From: a virus
UHGV virus genome: UHGV-0102636
Reading direction: 5' to 3' (one strand)
Length of the DNA stretch: 39,539 nt
Shown here piece by piece: positions 6,292 to 14,861 of this stretch. Position 1 is the first letter of the stretch. Each line of letters begins with the position of its first letter. Position numbers and translations under genes: made by a program. A model generated the notes under the pieces. The model made no database searches. It was given only the letters and a program-made list of their open reading frames with translations, and was not told the origin of the DNA.

Positions 6292-6868
6292 AATTAAAGA
6301 TACTTATAAAGTCATCTAGCTTGGTGTTAAGCTGCTTAAACTTAAACTTACATTTGCTACTATCTATATCCTTATCTGTAACGTATACAACTACAGGCTT
6401 TTCTTCAAAGTAATCTTTCCATTCTTTTAAAAAGAAGTCATTATACTTCTCATAATTCACTTTATGCTTGTTAGAATTTGTTTCAACTTCAAGTAAAAAG
6501 AAAAAGAAGTTGCCTTCATACTCTCCAATAAATACGGCATCTGGTCGTATGGATCCAAAGACTTTTTCAACGAGCATAGTATTAATAATACTGCATTCGC
6601 TTAACTTAAAGTAAAATTCGTTTCGAAGATTATCATGTGTGAATTGCTTTACAGACCTAATTCTATTTGTGCTATACAAGTAGCCCTTGTAAAGAGTATT
6701 TCTTTCTCTATACAATAGACCATCTTCATGCAACTTCTTAAGCCTTTTCCAACAAACCTTTTGATTATTATAGGCAACCCTATTCAATTGCTCTGCTGTT
6801 GCAAGCCTGAATACTTCAAGCCAATCCATCATTACTTTATCTCTATCCGTAATCATACAACACCTCAC
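6290..6868 (-). CDS. Replication-relaxation (Replic_Relax / MOBC-type) nuclease-relaxase
   Basis: N-terminal wHTH (ATAEQL...KRLKKL), THD motif, IRPDA...LLEVET PD-(D/E)xE core; overlaps the ftsK stop codon. Confidence 0.85.
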   Translation of the reverse strand: MRCCMITDRDKVMMDWLEVFRLATAEQLNRVAYNNQKVCWKRLKKLHEDGLLYRERNTLYKGYLYSTNRIRSVKQFTHDNLRNEFYFKLSECSIINTMLVEKVFGSIRPDAVFIGEYEGNFFFFLLEVETNSNKHKVNYEKYNDFFLKEWKDYFEEKPVVVYVTDKDIDSSKCKFKFKQLNTKLDDFISIFN

Positions 6869-8106
6869 TTAAGTACTTTTAAAGGTTTCTTTTGCGAAGC
6901 CTTTACTTCAACTTCATCTTTCTTTTTAAATTGATTAACGGTATCTTCAATTACACTATCTTGTATATAAAAACTTCTAAAGAACGTATATTTACTTTCA
7001 AGCTTACCAATTGCCTGTGACTGCTCTAAAAGTTCACACCCTACATCATCTATAATAAGCCTGCTGTTAAATTCATTTTCGGTCTTCATCCCTACTGTGC
7101 CAGTGATATTATTTTTCATAGAGGAAGGGATACTGTCTGCTGTAGGCCTTTGAGTACCAAGTACAATATGTAATCCTGCAGCACGTAATTTCCTGCCAAG
7201 ATCAATTAATTCCTTGATTGCATCATAACCTTCTTTCTTATCATTTAAATCCATAAGGTCTGCAAATTCATCAATTATAAGAAAACCTCTTTTCATTTTT
7301 GAGTTAGGTTTAATGGCAATATAATCATCAAAACATCTTTGCCCTGATTCTTTGATTAGTTTTATGCGTCTCTCATATTCTTCTTTTATAGATTGCAAAA
7401 CATAAGGAGCATCATTTAAGTTATCTGCATAGGATGCAATATTTTGTGTATGTTCATATGCACCAAACTCTATGCCTTCTTTAAAGTCCATCAACCAAAG
7501 GGGTGCTCCTGGTATATTATGATAGATATGATTAATAATGATATTTTGCTGGCGACTCTTTCCACTTCCTGTACACCCAATAATTTTAATATGTGGGTCC
7601 TTCTTTAAATCCCAGTAGACGACATTATCATCTAAATCTGTTCCAAGAGGGATTAAGTGCTTAGGGGTTTTCCTAAATTCATAAGGAACTAATTCTATTT
7701 TTTCATTAAGTATTCTAAAATGCATAAGTCCCTTATCATTGTAGATGAATATTTTATTTTTATAACTTTCTCCATCATAGTTGATTAATAGTTTTTCTTC
7801 TATTTTTTTCTTATGCTTAATAAAGTCCTCACATGAAAGTGTATCGGATAGTTTAAATTTAACCAGTAAATAGTTTTTCTTCCTGGTAAATGCAGAGCAT
7901 TGAACCCAGTCACCTTTTGAAGCATCTAATATTCCTAGGTTCTCGAATAAAGATGTATAACCGGTTGTAAGTTGTTCTAACGGATCTACATTAACGGTTT
8001 TAACTGAAGCTTTTTTTGATTTAACATACTTAAAAATAGGAATTACAGCATCTCTAATGGCCATTCCGGTTAGTCCGGTTGCTAACATTACATATCCTAA
8101 TAACAT
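6865..8106 (-). CDS. FtsK/SpoIIIE-family ATPase (coupling-protein-like)
   Basis: Walker A GCTGSGKS, DFKEGIEF, Walker B LIIDEFADL, RAAGLHIVLGTQRP; N-terminal hydrophobic segment; no C-terminal gamma domain. Confidence 0.92.
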   Translation of the reverse strand: MLLGYVMLATGLTGMAIRDAVIPIFKYVKSKKASVKTVNVDPLEQLTTGYTSLFENLGILDASKGDWVQCSAFTRKKNYLLVKFKLSDTLSCEDFIKHKKKIEEKLLINYDGESYKNKIFIYNDKGLMHFRILNEKIELVPYEFRKTPKHLIPLGTDLDDNVVYWDLKKDPHIKIIGCTGSGKSRQQNIIINHIYHNIPGAPLWLMDFKEGIEFGAYEHTQNIASYADNLNDAPYVLQSIKEEYERRIKLIKESGQRCFDDYIAIKPNSKMKRGFLIIDEFADLMDLNDKKEGYDAIKELIDLGRKLRAAGLHIVLGTQRPTADSIPSSMKNNITGTVGMKTENEFNSRLIIDDVGCELLEQSQAIGKLESKYTFFRSFYIQDSVIEDTVNQFKKKDEVEVKASQKKPLKVLK

Positions 8107-8116
8107 TGAATCACTC

Positions 8117-8437
8117 CTATACTAGTTTTGTTGTGTCAACATTAGTACATTTTGGAGATTTATTTTCCTCTTCAATTTCTTCAAACATTCTTTTTATTTT
8201 CTTTTTACGTTCGTGTTCATAAAGCATTTTATCCCATTTTTCTGTTTCTCTTTTTTTTCTAGAAACATATACCTGTTGTCCTGCTGCAACGATAGCAAGC
8301 ACAAGACAAAGTGAAAGTATGAAAAGTAATTCTGGATCACTGCAAGTCATAAAAAATGATAAAAGACTTGCTATAGAGCTTTCATATAATACAATGTTTT
8401 TTTTCTGTTTCTTAGGTGGGATATAATATACTCGCAT
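8117..8437 (-). CDS. Small membrane protein with basic/coiled tail
   Basis: 106 aa, two hydrophobic stretches, SD AGGTGG; immediately upstream of ftsK. Confidence 0.7.
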   Translation of the reverse strand: MRVYYIPPKKQKKNIVLYESSIASLLSFFMTCSDPELLFILSLCLVLAIVAAGQQVYVSRKKRETEKWDKMLYEHERKKKIKRMFEEIEEENKSPKCTNVDTTKLV

Positions 8438-8453
8438 GATCTACACCACCTAT

Positions 8454-8507
8454 TCATTTTAAAAATCCTGTTAGCTTTGAAAGTATAAAACGATTAAATA
8501 AATACAC
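8454..8507 (-). CDS. 17-aa micropeptide MYLFNRFILSKLTGFLK
   Basis: GTG start after perfect SD AAAGGAGGT; stop abuts the SD of the next gene. Confidence 0.5.
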   Translation of the reverse strand: MYLFNRFILSKLTGFLK

Positions 8508-8524
8508 CGTACTACCTCCTTTAG

Positions 8525-8651
8525 AGTTGCATGGGATGTATGAAATGGTTTGAGATATGAGGAGGGAGGTACGAGTGACGAATATAGAAGGGGTTTGAAC
8601 GTGTATTACTCACCCTCTTGTCACCTCATACTCACCAAACACTCTTCAACT
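8525..8651 (+). other. Long irregular rod hairpin
   Basis: Nested pairs AGTTG/CAACT, TGGT/ACCA, TGAG/CTCA, TATGAGG/CCTCATA, GAGT/ACTC, AATATA/TGTATT. Confidence 0.55.
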
Positions 8652-8697
8652 GACTTACTATATATCTATGCACATAAGTTCAATTTATTCCTAAAAG

Positions 8698-9021
8698 TTA
8701 AAAAGCTAGATCATCCGTTTCTGGTCTAGGCGGACTATTCATATCTTTGCAACAATATTCCATAAAGTCTAGCAACTGGTCTATAGCTAAATCTATTCTT
8801 TCAGCCTCGATAGGCCCTGCTGTTTCTTTCCTTTTTTGTAAAACCTCTATCTCATGTTTATGGAAATAGTACTCATCTTTATATTGTTGCATCTCTTTAT
8901 CACATTCTACCCTGTCAATACTAGATGCATAACAAAAGTCTTTAAAGTAACATTTTCTGCATATCATATTATTCACCTTCAATTTTATATTTTTAAAGTA
9001 AGCTACATGGCTTTCGGCCAT
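8698..9021 (-). CDS. Hypothetical Cys-rich protein
   Basis: 107 aa with CxxC..C motifs. Confidence 0.65.
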   Translation of the reverse strand: MAESHVAYFKNIKLKVNNMICRKCYFKDFCYASSIDRVECDKEMQQYKDEYYFHKHEIEVLQKRKETAGPIEAERIDLAIDQLLDFMEYCCKDMNSPPRPETDDLAF

Positions 9022-9442
9022 GATCTATGCCTCTACTATAATATTTCGACAACAAAAACGAGTTACCGAAGTGTTTTCTTTAAATTTTTTAGTCACCTTT
9101 TTCTAAGTTATAATACAAGGCTTATTATTTTATATAACCAATATCATAAAAAAATTTTTTAAAGCATAAAAAGAGGATTTTTAAAATGTCCAAAAGTATT
9201 TATATGGATACACTCATAAAGCACTTGATGATACTAAGTTTAGTCATAAGAATATATGGTATATTTTTCATTAACTTTTTAACGCTACCACAGATAATAA
9301 ATAATTATCTTTGGTTAGTTTTTAAGTAGAAATTTTAATGGTATATGCTTAATATGTTGGAAATACTACGTTTTAGTATATATGGCATATTTACACTTAG
9401 GCTCATATTATGAAAAGTTTAGCCTGAGTGTTATTTTTACGC

Positions 9443-9475
9443 AAAAAAAATAAAGGTAGCCCATTTGGACTACCT
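9443..9475 (-). terminator. Terminator of the lysis operon
   Basis: Minus AGGTAGTCC-aaat-GGGCTACCT followed by a T-rich run. Confidence 0.75.
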
Positions 9476-10240
9476 CAGATAACAACTAACTTTAATTATT
9501 AAATCTCTTACATTATGATCTGTATATTTTTTATCTCTCCATATATCAGGACTATTTATAATCTTAGTCTCTACCATCTTAGCTATAATAGCTTCATAGC
9601 CACTTACATCAAACAGTCTAATCCCTATCTTACTAATAAGTGCTGGTACATTCTTAAGGTTAATACTTGTCCATGCTGCAGGACTGCCGATGATACCTTC
9701 TAATACTAGGTTCTGAACTGCTTTTTCGTATTCCTTATCCATTTGTATCCCTTGGATAGCTTTCTTAAAATCTGTCCATATTTTAGGCTCCCTAAGCATC
9801 TTCGCAGGGCATTGTTTACCACAACTATCATAGTGCCTAATAACCCTATCTACTGGAATATTTAACTCTTTCATAAGCTTCTTTGTAAGCTCTACTGCAT
9901 GAGCTACAGATTTACTGTAATCTCCGTCTTGGTTGACACAGATTTCTATCCCTATGCTATTGCTGTTATTACATTGCGGCATTGCTGGATTAGAGACATA
10001 CTTCTTGCCATTATGCCAAGATTGTACGTTATGCTCTACTAATTGGATAACTTGTTTATCGTCTACTACATAGTGTGCACTAGCTCCTCTATCTCCACCA
10101 TTAAAATACCTATAATGGCGTTCTGCATCTGCCCCTATATCTGTATTATCTGTTTCATGGATTACGATATAGACTGGTTTATTGATGCCACTATGATTGT
10201 ATTTAATAAGCTTCTTTGTTACCTGGACCATCTTATTCAC
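9470..10240 (-). CDS. Endolysin, N-acetylmuramoyl-L-alanine amidase (Amidase_2)
   Basis: YIVIHET, ASAHYVVDD, SWHNG, SIGIEIC, RHYD..GKQCP; duplicated C-terminal GIIGSP..W / KIINSP..W module. Confidence 0.95.
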   Translation of the reverse strand: MNKMVQVTKKLIKYNHSGINKPVYIVIHETDNTDIGADAERHYRYFNGGDRGASAHYVVDDKQVIQLVEHNVQSWHNGKKYVSNPAMPQCNNSNSIGIEICVNQDGDYSKSVAHAVELTKKLMKELNIPVDRVIRHYDSCGKQCPAKMLREPKIWTDFKKAIQGIQMDKEYEKAVQNLVLEGIIGSPAAWTSINLKNVPALISKIGIRLFDVSGYEAIIAKMVETKIINSPDIWRDKKYTDHNVRDLIIKVSCYLR

Positions 10241-10649
10241 CTACCTTAATAGTCTGTATTTCGGTTAGATTTTTTAGACATTCTTCTGATAATATGGTCG
10301 TACCTGCACCAACCGAAATCGTATTAGTTAACCTAGATTTAGCTTGATTGTTCTTAGATAAGTATTCCTTCATTTGAAGAACTGCAGCTTCTATGTAGCA
10401 ATCTATTTGCTTAGTAGTAAACAATAATCTCATAATAGGTGGTAGCTTCTCATATACCCATGTTACTACAGCAGAATATTTCAGCTCGCCAGTTCCACTG
10501 CCGTACAGTTCTTCAGCTTTACATACAAGGTAAAGTAACATCTCTTTAACCTTGCTCTCATATCCTTTTCTTACAAGGAAAACACACCCTACTATAAACA
10601 CTATTACTGTTAAAATATCGTATAAGTTAGCTTTAATAAATTCTAACAT
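10233..10649 (-). CDS. Holin (LL-H-like)
   Basis: N-terminal TM, AEELYGSGTGELK, IEAAV; directly upstream of the endolysin. Confidence 0.8.
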   Translation of the reverse strand: MLEFIKANLYDILTVIVFIVGCVFLVRKGYESKVKEMLLYLVCKAEELYGSGTGELKYSAVVTWVYEKLPPIMRLLFTTKQIDCYIEAAVLQMKEYLSKNNQAKSRLTNTISVGAGTTILSEECLKNLTEIQTIKVGE

Positions 10650-10909
10650 TCCACATCATCCTCTCTTGATTTATTTAAATTTTCTTCTTTCGTTTCAAAA
10701 AATGACTTACAGCAGTAAGAAGGGATAATCCACTTTAACCCATCCCAACAACTCGAAACGATACTATCTAACCCCATACCGTTTTTAAAGTTAATATAAA
10801 TAGAGGCTAACGTTGTAACTAACGTCAGCCATAATACTAGGTCCATAACTAGCTTGGTATATTGTCTTTTCTTTTTTTCTTTTGGTGTGTTTACCCATTT
10901 AAACGCCAT
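10643..10909 (-). CDS. Holin-like membrane protein
   Basis: 88 aa, basic N-terminus plus TM segments, in the lysis cassette. Confidence 0.65.
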   Translation of the reverse strand: MAFKWVNTPKEKKKRQYTKLVMDLVLWLTLVTTLASIYINFKNGMGLDSIVSSCWDGLKWIIPSYCCKSFFETKEENLNKSREDDVEC

Positions 10910-10921
10910 AACACATACCTC

Positions 10922-11101
10922 CTATAGTCCTAATAATGCAACAAGGCCCAGTACAACTGCGCCTATAAGCGTTCTTACTAACCATGCTTGGTTACTTTCC
11001 AGTTTTGCAACTCGCCCCTCTAGGGCAGCGACCTTTTCTGATAATAACACTTCTATTTTGGTTAAACGTTCTTTGATTTCTACTACATCGTCTTTTTCCA
11101 T
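10922..11101 (-). CDS. xhlA: XhlA-family haemolysin-like lysis protein
   Basis: Not in track; MEKDDVVEIKERLTKIE...LESNQAWLVRTLIGAVVLGLVALLGL. Confidence 0.8.
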   Translation of the reverse strand: MEKDDVVEIKERLTKIEVLLSEKVAALEGRVAKLESNQAWLVRTLIGAVVLGLVALLGL

Positions 11102-11110
11102 ATCTCTTAT

Positions 11111-12277
11111 TTACCCTCTAACTGTTATCCGTTTATCCTCTGCATTGTAATCCACTTTAGCACCCGTAAGTTCTGCAAATGCCCGAAGTGGAATAAGTGT
11201 ATAGACGCTTACTACTTTCACAGGAATAGGCATTTTTACCTGAGTAACCTTACCACCTTGCTCTGATTTAATAGTATTACTGCCTACCTGCATGGTAATA
11301 AGTTGATTATGCATCTTGCTGTAGGCTGTAATAACTTTGTCTAAACTTGAATAGCGTACCGTATATCCAAGCGTCTCACATAAGAATCTAAAAGGCACTA
11401 AAGTTGTCCCTTGTTCTACTACTGCAGGATAGTCCATAACCTCTTCTACATCATTAACTTGTACACTTTTAGAACCTACCTTTAATTCAATCGTGGTGCA
11501 TGGGAAGTCAATTTTATTACTATTATGAAAGTTAGGATACTTGATAAGCTTTGAATCTAATTCAAAAGTATGTAAGCTCTTAATATAAGTATCTACACTA
11601 TAAAGGCCTGTCCATTTTTCTGTAAAAGCTTCATATGGAACAAATAAATAGCCTTTATAACCTCTTGTAGTACCGTAAGATTCTTGCATAATAAACCAGT
11701 TTTTATAGGTCACTCCATTGATTGTTTTAGGCATATCTTCTATGTAGCCACATATCCAAATAGCATGTAAGCCATTAGGTTCGCTACCTTTAGCTGGCTT
11801 AACTACACATCCTTGTATAGGGAATGTGTGCTCTTTATATAATTTAACAATTGCAACACACCCACCATTCTCTACAATATGACGCTTTATACTTTCAACA
11901 TCTGTCGTTTTAATTTCTATGCGCTTCTTTGGTTTATACTTTCTAGCCTCTTCGTACATAGCCTCTGTAGTAGGTAGGAACTTGTTGTCATTGTAATCCT
12001 TATCCTCCCATGTAGGATATAAAGCTTCCGTACACATGCCATATTGGCATACCTGGTCCATAAGTTTTTCTATAGGCGTACCTGTTGCATCTGGTCTGCC
12101 ATCTACCTTCTTAGATAACATCATTCCCCAGCTATTACTAAGAGGTGTAACTTTTCCGTATATTCTAGCAAATTGTGCTTCTAATAAGCTACTTACTGCA
12201 TGGTTAGTACACCAGTTACTCCCTCGTTGGTGCTCTATTCCACTTGCTTGATTAAGATATTGTTTTGGTAAAGACAT
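11111..12277 (-). CDS. Papain-like (C1) cysteine peptidase fused to a copper-amine-oxidase N-terminal-like domain
   Basis: HQRGSNWC, GLHAIWICGY, QESYGTTRGYKGY; C-terminal TLVPFRFLCETLG and TLIPLRAFAELTGAKV repeats. Confidence 0.85.
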   Translation of the reverse strand: MSLPKQYLNQASGIEHQRGSNWCTNHAVSSLLEAQFARIYGKVTPLSNSWGMMLSKKVDGRPDATGTPIEKLMDQVCQYGMCTEALYPTWEDKDYNDNKFLPTTEAMYEEARKYKPKKRIEIKTTDVESIKRHIVENGGCVAIVKLYKEHTFPIQGCVVKPAKGSEPNGLHAIWICGYIEDMPKTINGVTYKNWFIMQESYGTTRGYKGYLFVPYEAFTEKWTGLYSVDTYIKSLHTFELDSKLIKYPNFHNSNKIDFPCTTIELKVGSKSVQVNDVEEVMDYPAVVEQGTTLVPFRFLCETLGYTVRYSSLDKVITAYSKMHNQLITMQVGSNTIKSEQGGKVTQVKMPIPVKVVSVYTLIPLRAFAELTGAKVDYNAEDKRITVRG

Positions 12278-12496
12278 TTCCTATCACCCTTTCTAAGGCA
12301 TAAAAAATACAGCCTATTAAGCTGTTCTTCTATGCCTCTATTTATTTTAGTCAAATCATTGATTTACTAATTATATTTATTTAGACCCATATATTCCATA
12401 ATATAGAATATTTTGTTTTTTCATTTTGTATTACAATTGCTATAATACTTCTTATCAACTAATGAGTTGAAATACAAAAGAAAGGTAGGGGTCACT

Positions 12497-12820
12497 ATGA
12501 GTTTTGAACTTAAAGGTTTTGACGAGCTCCAAAACAAACTACAAGAACTTGCTGATAAAGCTGAGAAATTAAGTGGCGAACATGAAGTAAGCTTTGCTGA
12601 ATTATTTGTTGAAGAATTTATGGTTAAACACACTAACTTCTCTAGCTTTAATGAATTACTTGATGCAAGCCCATTTGAGGTAAATTCTGCTGAAGACTTT
12701 AAGGCTATACCTGATGATGAATTTGATCAGTACATAAGCCAAGTTACTAACTTTGATTCTTGGGAAAGTATGTTAGAAGAAGCTTCATGTGAATATGCTG
12801 CTCGTCAATTAGGATTCTAA
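12497..12820 (+). CDS. Acidic hypothetical moron protein
   Basis: Opposite strand to the late operon; TGcTATAAT promoter at ~12438-12446; SD AGGGG; internal TNF-x-S-[FW] duplication. Confidence 0.8.
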   Translation: MSFELKGFDELQNKLQELADKAEKLSGEHEVSFAELFVEEFMVKHTNFSSFNELLDASPFEVNSAEDFKAIPDDEFDQYISQVTNFDSWESMLEEASCEYAARQLGF

Positions 12821-12948
12821 TATCCTACATTAATTAATACTTCATTTCTACTGGTGCAATGTGCTGTTATAGTTCTTGCACCAGTTTCTTTTTTTGTACT
12901 CACTTTAATTTTGCATTTTAATTCATTACTGATATTCTTTCGTTTCAT
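12817..12948 (-). CDS. 43-aa basic peptide
   Basis: SD AAAGGAG; MKRKNISNELKCKIKVSTKKETGARTITAHCTSRNEVLINVGY. Confidence 0.45.
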   Translation of the reverse strand: MKRKNISNELKCKIKVSTKKETGARTITAHCTSRNEVLINVGY

Positions 12949-13007
12949 TTTAGTTCTCCTTTTTAATATAAAAAATACACCTTATCAGGTGCTCTCAAAT
13001 CAGTCTT

Positions 13008-13145
13008 TTATTTTGCTACTTCTTTGCTTGCAATAATTTCTTGCATCTGTTCTTCAGTAATCATTCCTGCACTTACAAATTTATTTAAGTGTTCATCATT
13101 ATAAATACCCTTTTCATAGTATCTCTTAATTGTTTCAAACCACAT
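13008..13145 (-). CDS. xkdX: XkdX-family protein
   Basis: MWFETIKRYYEKGIY...FVSAGMITEEQMQEII pattern. Confidence 0.85.
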   Translation of the reverse strand: MWFETIKRYYEKGIYNDEHLNKFVSAGMITEEQMQEIIASKEVAK

Positions 13146-13146
13146 C

Positions 13147-13542
13147 TTATAACATCGCCCCTTTCAACATCGCTATTTCGAGTAATAAATTTGCATTTGT
13201 GACTTCCTGCTCTTTGTTCATCTTTTCTTGTTCTTGAATGTTAATTTGATGTTCAGCATTTTCGAGTAATAAACCTGCATTAATATTTTCTAAACCGTCT
13301 ACTCTAGCTGTTAAAGCTTCCATTTCATCGGGCACAGGTGGTTTATCTTTATCTGCTAACCATTTTTCATATGCCTCATCTGCTGTCATGTGTATTGTTA
13401 AATTAATGTAGTATTCTTCTATAATTTCTCCAGTTTCTTCGTTACGATTAATTACATAATCTTCATAGGTATAGTTTGGAGGGCTACCATCATCTCTCTT
13501 CATTAAGTCTAATTCTAATTGTGTTATTTTTTTATAGAACAT
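13147..13542 (-). CDS. Tail fibre-associated coiled-coil protein
   Basis: Between the fibre and xkdX; C-terminal ANLLLEIAML. Confidence 0.65.
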   Translation of the reverse strand: MFYKKITQLELDLMKRDDGSPPNYTYEDYVINRNEETGEIIEEYYINLTIHMTADEAYEKWLADKDKPPVPDEMEALTARVDGLENINAGLLLENAEHQINIQEQEKMNKEQEVTNANLLLEIAMLKGAML

Positions 13543-13557
13543 TTTTATCCCACCTTT

Positions 13558-14328
13558 TTAGTTAATCGAAAATGCAAAATCTAAGATATAAGTGTCCGAG
13601 CTATTAAATCCACTTCTAAGGATGACTTCTCCGTTTGTTCTAACTGTTATAAATCTTGCAACTTCCTCTTTAGACCAATTTTTGGCACCCGCAATTACAA
13701 GATTTGAATTTGGTTTAAATCCATCTGGTAAGGTAAATATAACAGTATTCTCATCCGATATACCACCTTTAATAGATGCATTCACAGTCACAGTATTTCC
13801 AGTTTTAGAGACATATTGATTCATGTCACCTATGCCTTTTGTCCATTGATTAACTAATGAAATATCTGTTTTGCTTGTTGTAGCTAGTTGTTGCCACTCA
13901 CCCCATGTATCTTCATTTAATGGATATTGGTTTCTTATATACATTTCCCCATTACAAAACGCATACTCATAGACATTTGTAAATCCATCTATACCACTGT
14001 ATGCATTTACTCCAAACATGTGCGCCCATGTAGGTAATCCTGTTACACCTTCAGACTTTAGCCCTGCGAATGCAAATTGAGATTTATAATCACTTGGCTT
14101 CGTAACAACTCCTCTGTTATCTTCTGCTGGTAGATGATTTCTTTGCAATAAATCATTAATTTGTTTCTCATTCACTTTAAGCTGCTGATCTATGGTATCC
14201 ATATTTTGATTAAACTCATCTACATTATAGAAATCATCTTGTCCAGGTTTAATAAGTCCATAATTTGTTGTTGATTCTGCTGCAAGCAAGTTGCCTCTTT
14301 CATCTACATCTATAATCTCTTCTTTCAT
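13558..14328 (-). CDS. Tail fibre / receptor-binding protein
   Basis: TTNYGLIKP..DDFYNVDEFNQNMDTID anchor, TWGEWQ knob, IFTLPDGFKP C-terminal domain. Confidence 0.85.
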   Translation of the reverse strand: MKEEIIDVDERGNLLAAESTTNYGLIKPGQDDFYNVDEFNQNMDTIDQQLKVNEKQINDLLQRNHLPAEDNRGVVTKPSDYKSQFAFAGLKSEGVTGLPTWAHMFGVNAYSGIDGFTNVYEYAFCNGEMYIRNQYPLNEDTWGEWQQLATTSKTDISLVNQWTKGIGDMNQYVSKTGNTVTVNASIKGGISDENTVIFTLPDGFKPNSNLVIAGAKNWSKEEVARFITVRTNGEVILRSGFNSSDTYILDFAFSIN

Positions 14329-14861
14329 AACTTTAAATCCTCCTCTCTTAGCTCTCTATGCCTAAAGGCTCTTAATTGCGCATGGGTATAACGTTTTAAT
14401 TCTTTATGCTGCCTATATCTTAGCTCTACCGTAACAATTAAATTAGCCGGGGCCATTTTACGTAATAAATTTCTAGCTTCTTCTTCCATCCTCTTAACTG
14501 TTAGTTCTACTTTTACAACTAGCGTATACTCATTAGAATTTAGGTTTATACTAAATCCATCCTTACCACAAAGTTGTGTAAGGCGTTCGAACATGCTTCT
14601 ATATGTATAAGGTAAGCTATCTCCCCACTTACTAAGCACTCTAAACCTTCTGCTTTCGAGTGTATCGTCTGCAAAAGGAACTATAGAAAGCATCTTTTCT
14701 CTTCTTGCTACACCTTTTTCTGTAGCCGTTTGGATAAATTGATCACTGATTAAATTTTGAAGTTCATCATTAACCTTTTTTAGTTCGCCATCTTCAACAG
14801 CACCTATTGATTCAAATTCTTTTATACTCTGTATAGTTTCAATCCAATAGTCTTTTATCAT
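14325..14861 (-). CDS. Baseplate protein XkdU/DUF2313
   Basis: DQFIQTATEKGVARREKML..DTLESRRFRV..PANL. Confidence 0.85.
   Translation of the reverse strand: MIKDYWIETIQSIKEFESIGAVEDGELKKVNDELQNLISDQFIQTATEKGVARREKMLSIVPFADDTLESRRFRVLSKWGDSLPYTYRSMFERLTQLCGKDGFSINLNSNEYTLVVKVELTVKRMEEEARNLLRKMAPANLIVTVELRYRQHKELKRYTHAQLRAFRHRELREEDLKL

Noticed and set aside
8574..8598. Plus-strand 7-codon ORF after GGAGGT
   Set aside because: Too short, no upstream promoter found, and the SD-like bases are explained by the rod stem.
9060..9440. AT-rich gap with weak palindromes (about 9187-9212 and 9397-9428)
   Set aside because: No convincing ORF, repeat array or extended structure could be supported.
13558..14328. 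DGR target or invertible tail-fibre cassette
   Set aside because: No reverse transcriptase, no duplicated template repeat noticed, and no adjacent invertase or alternative fibre ends.
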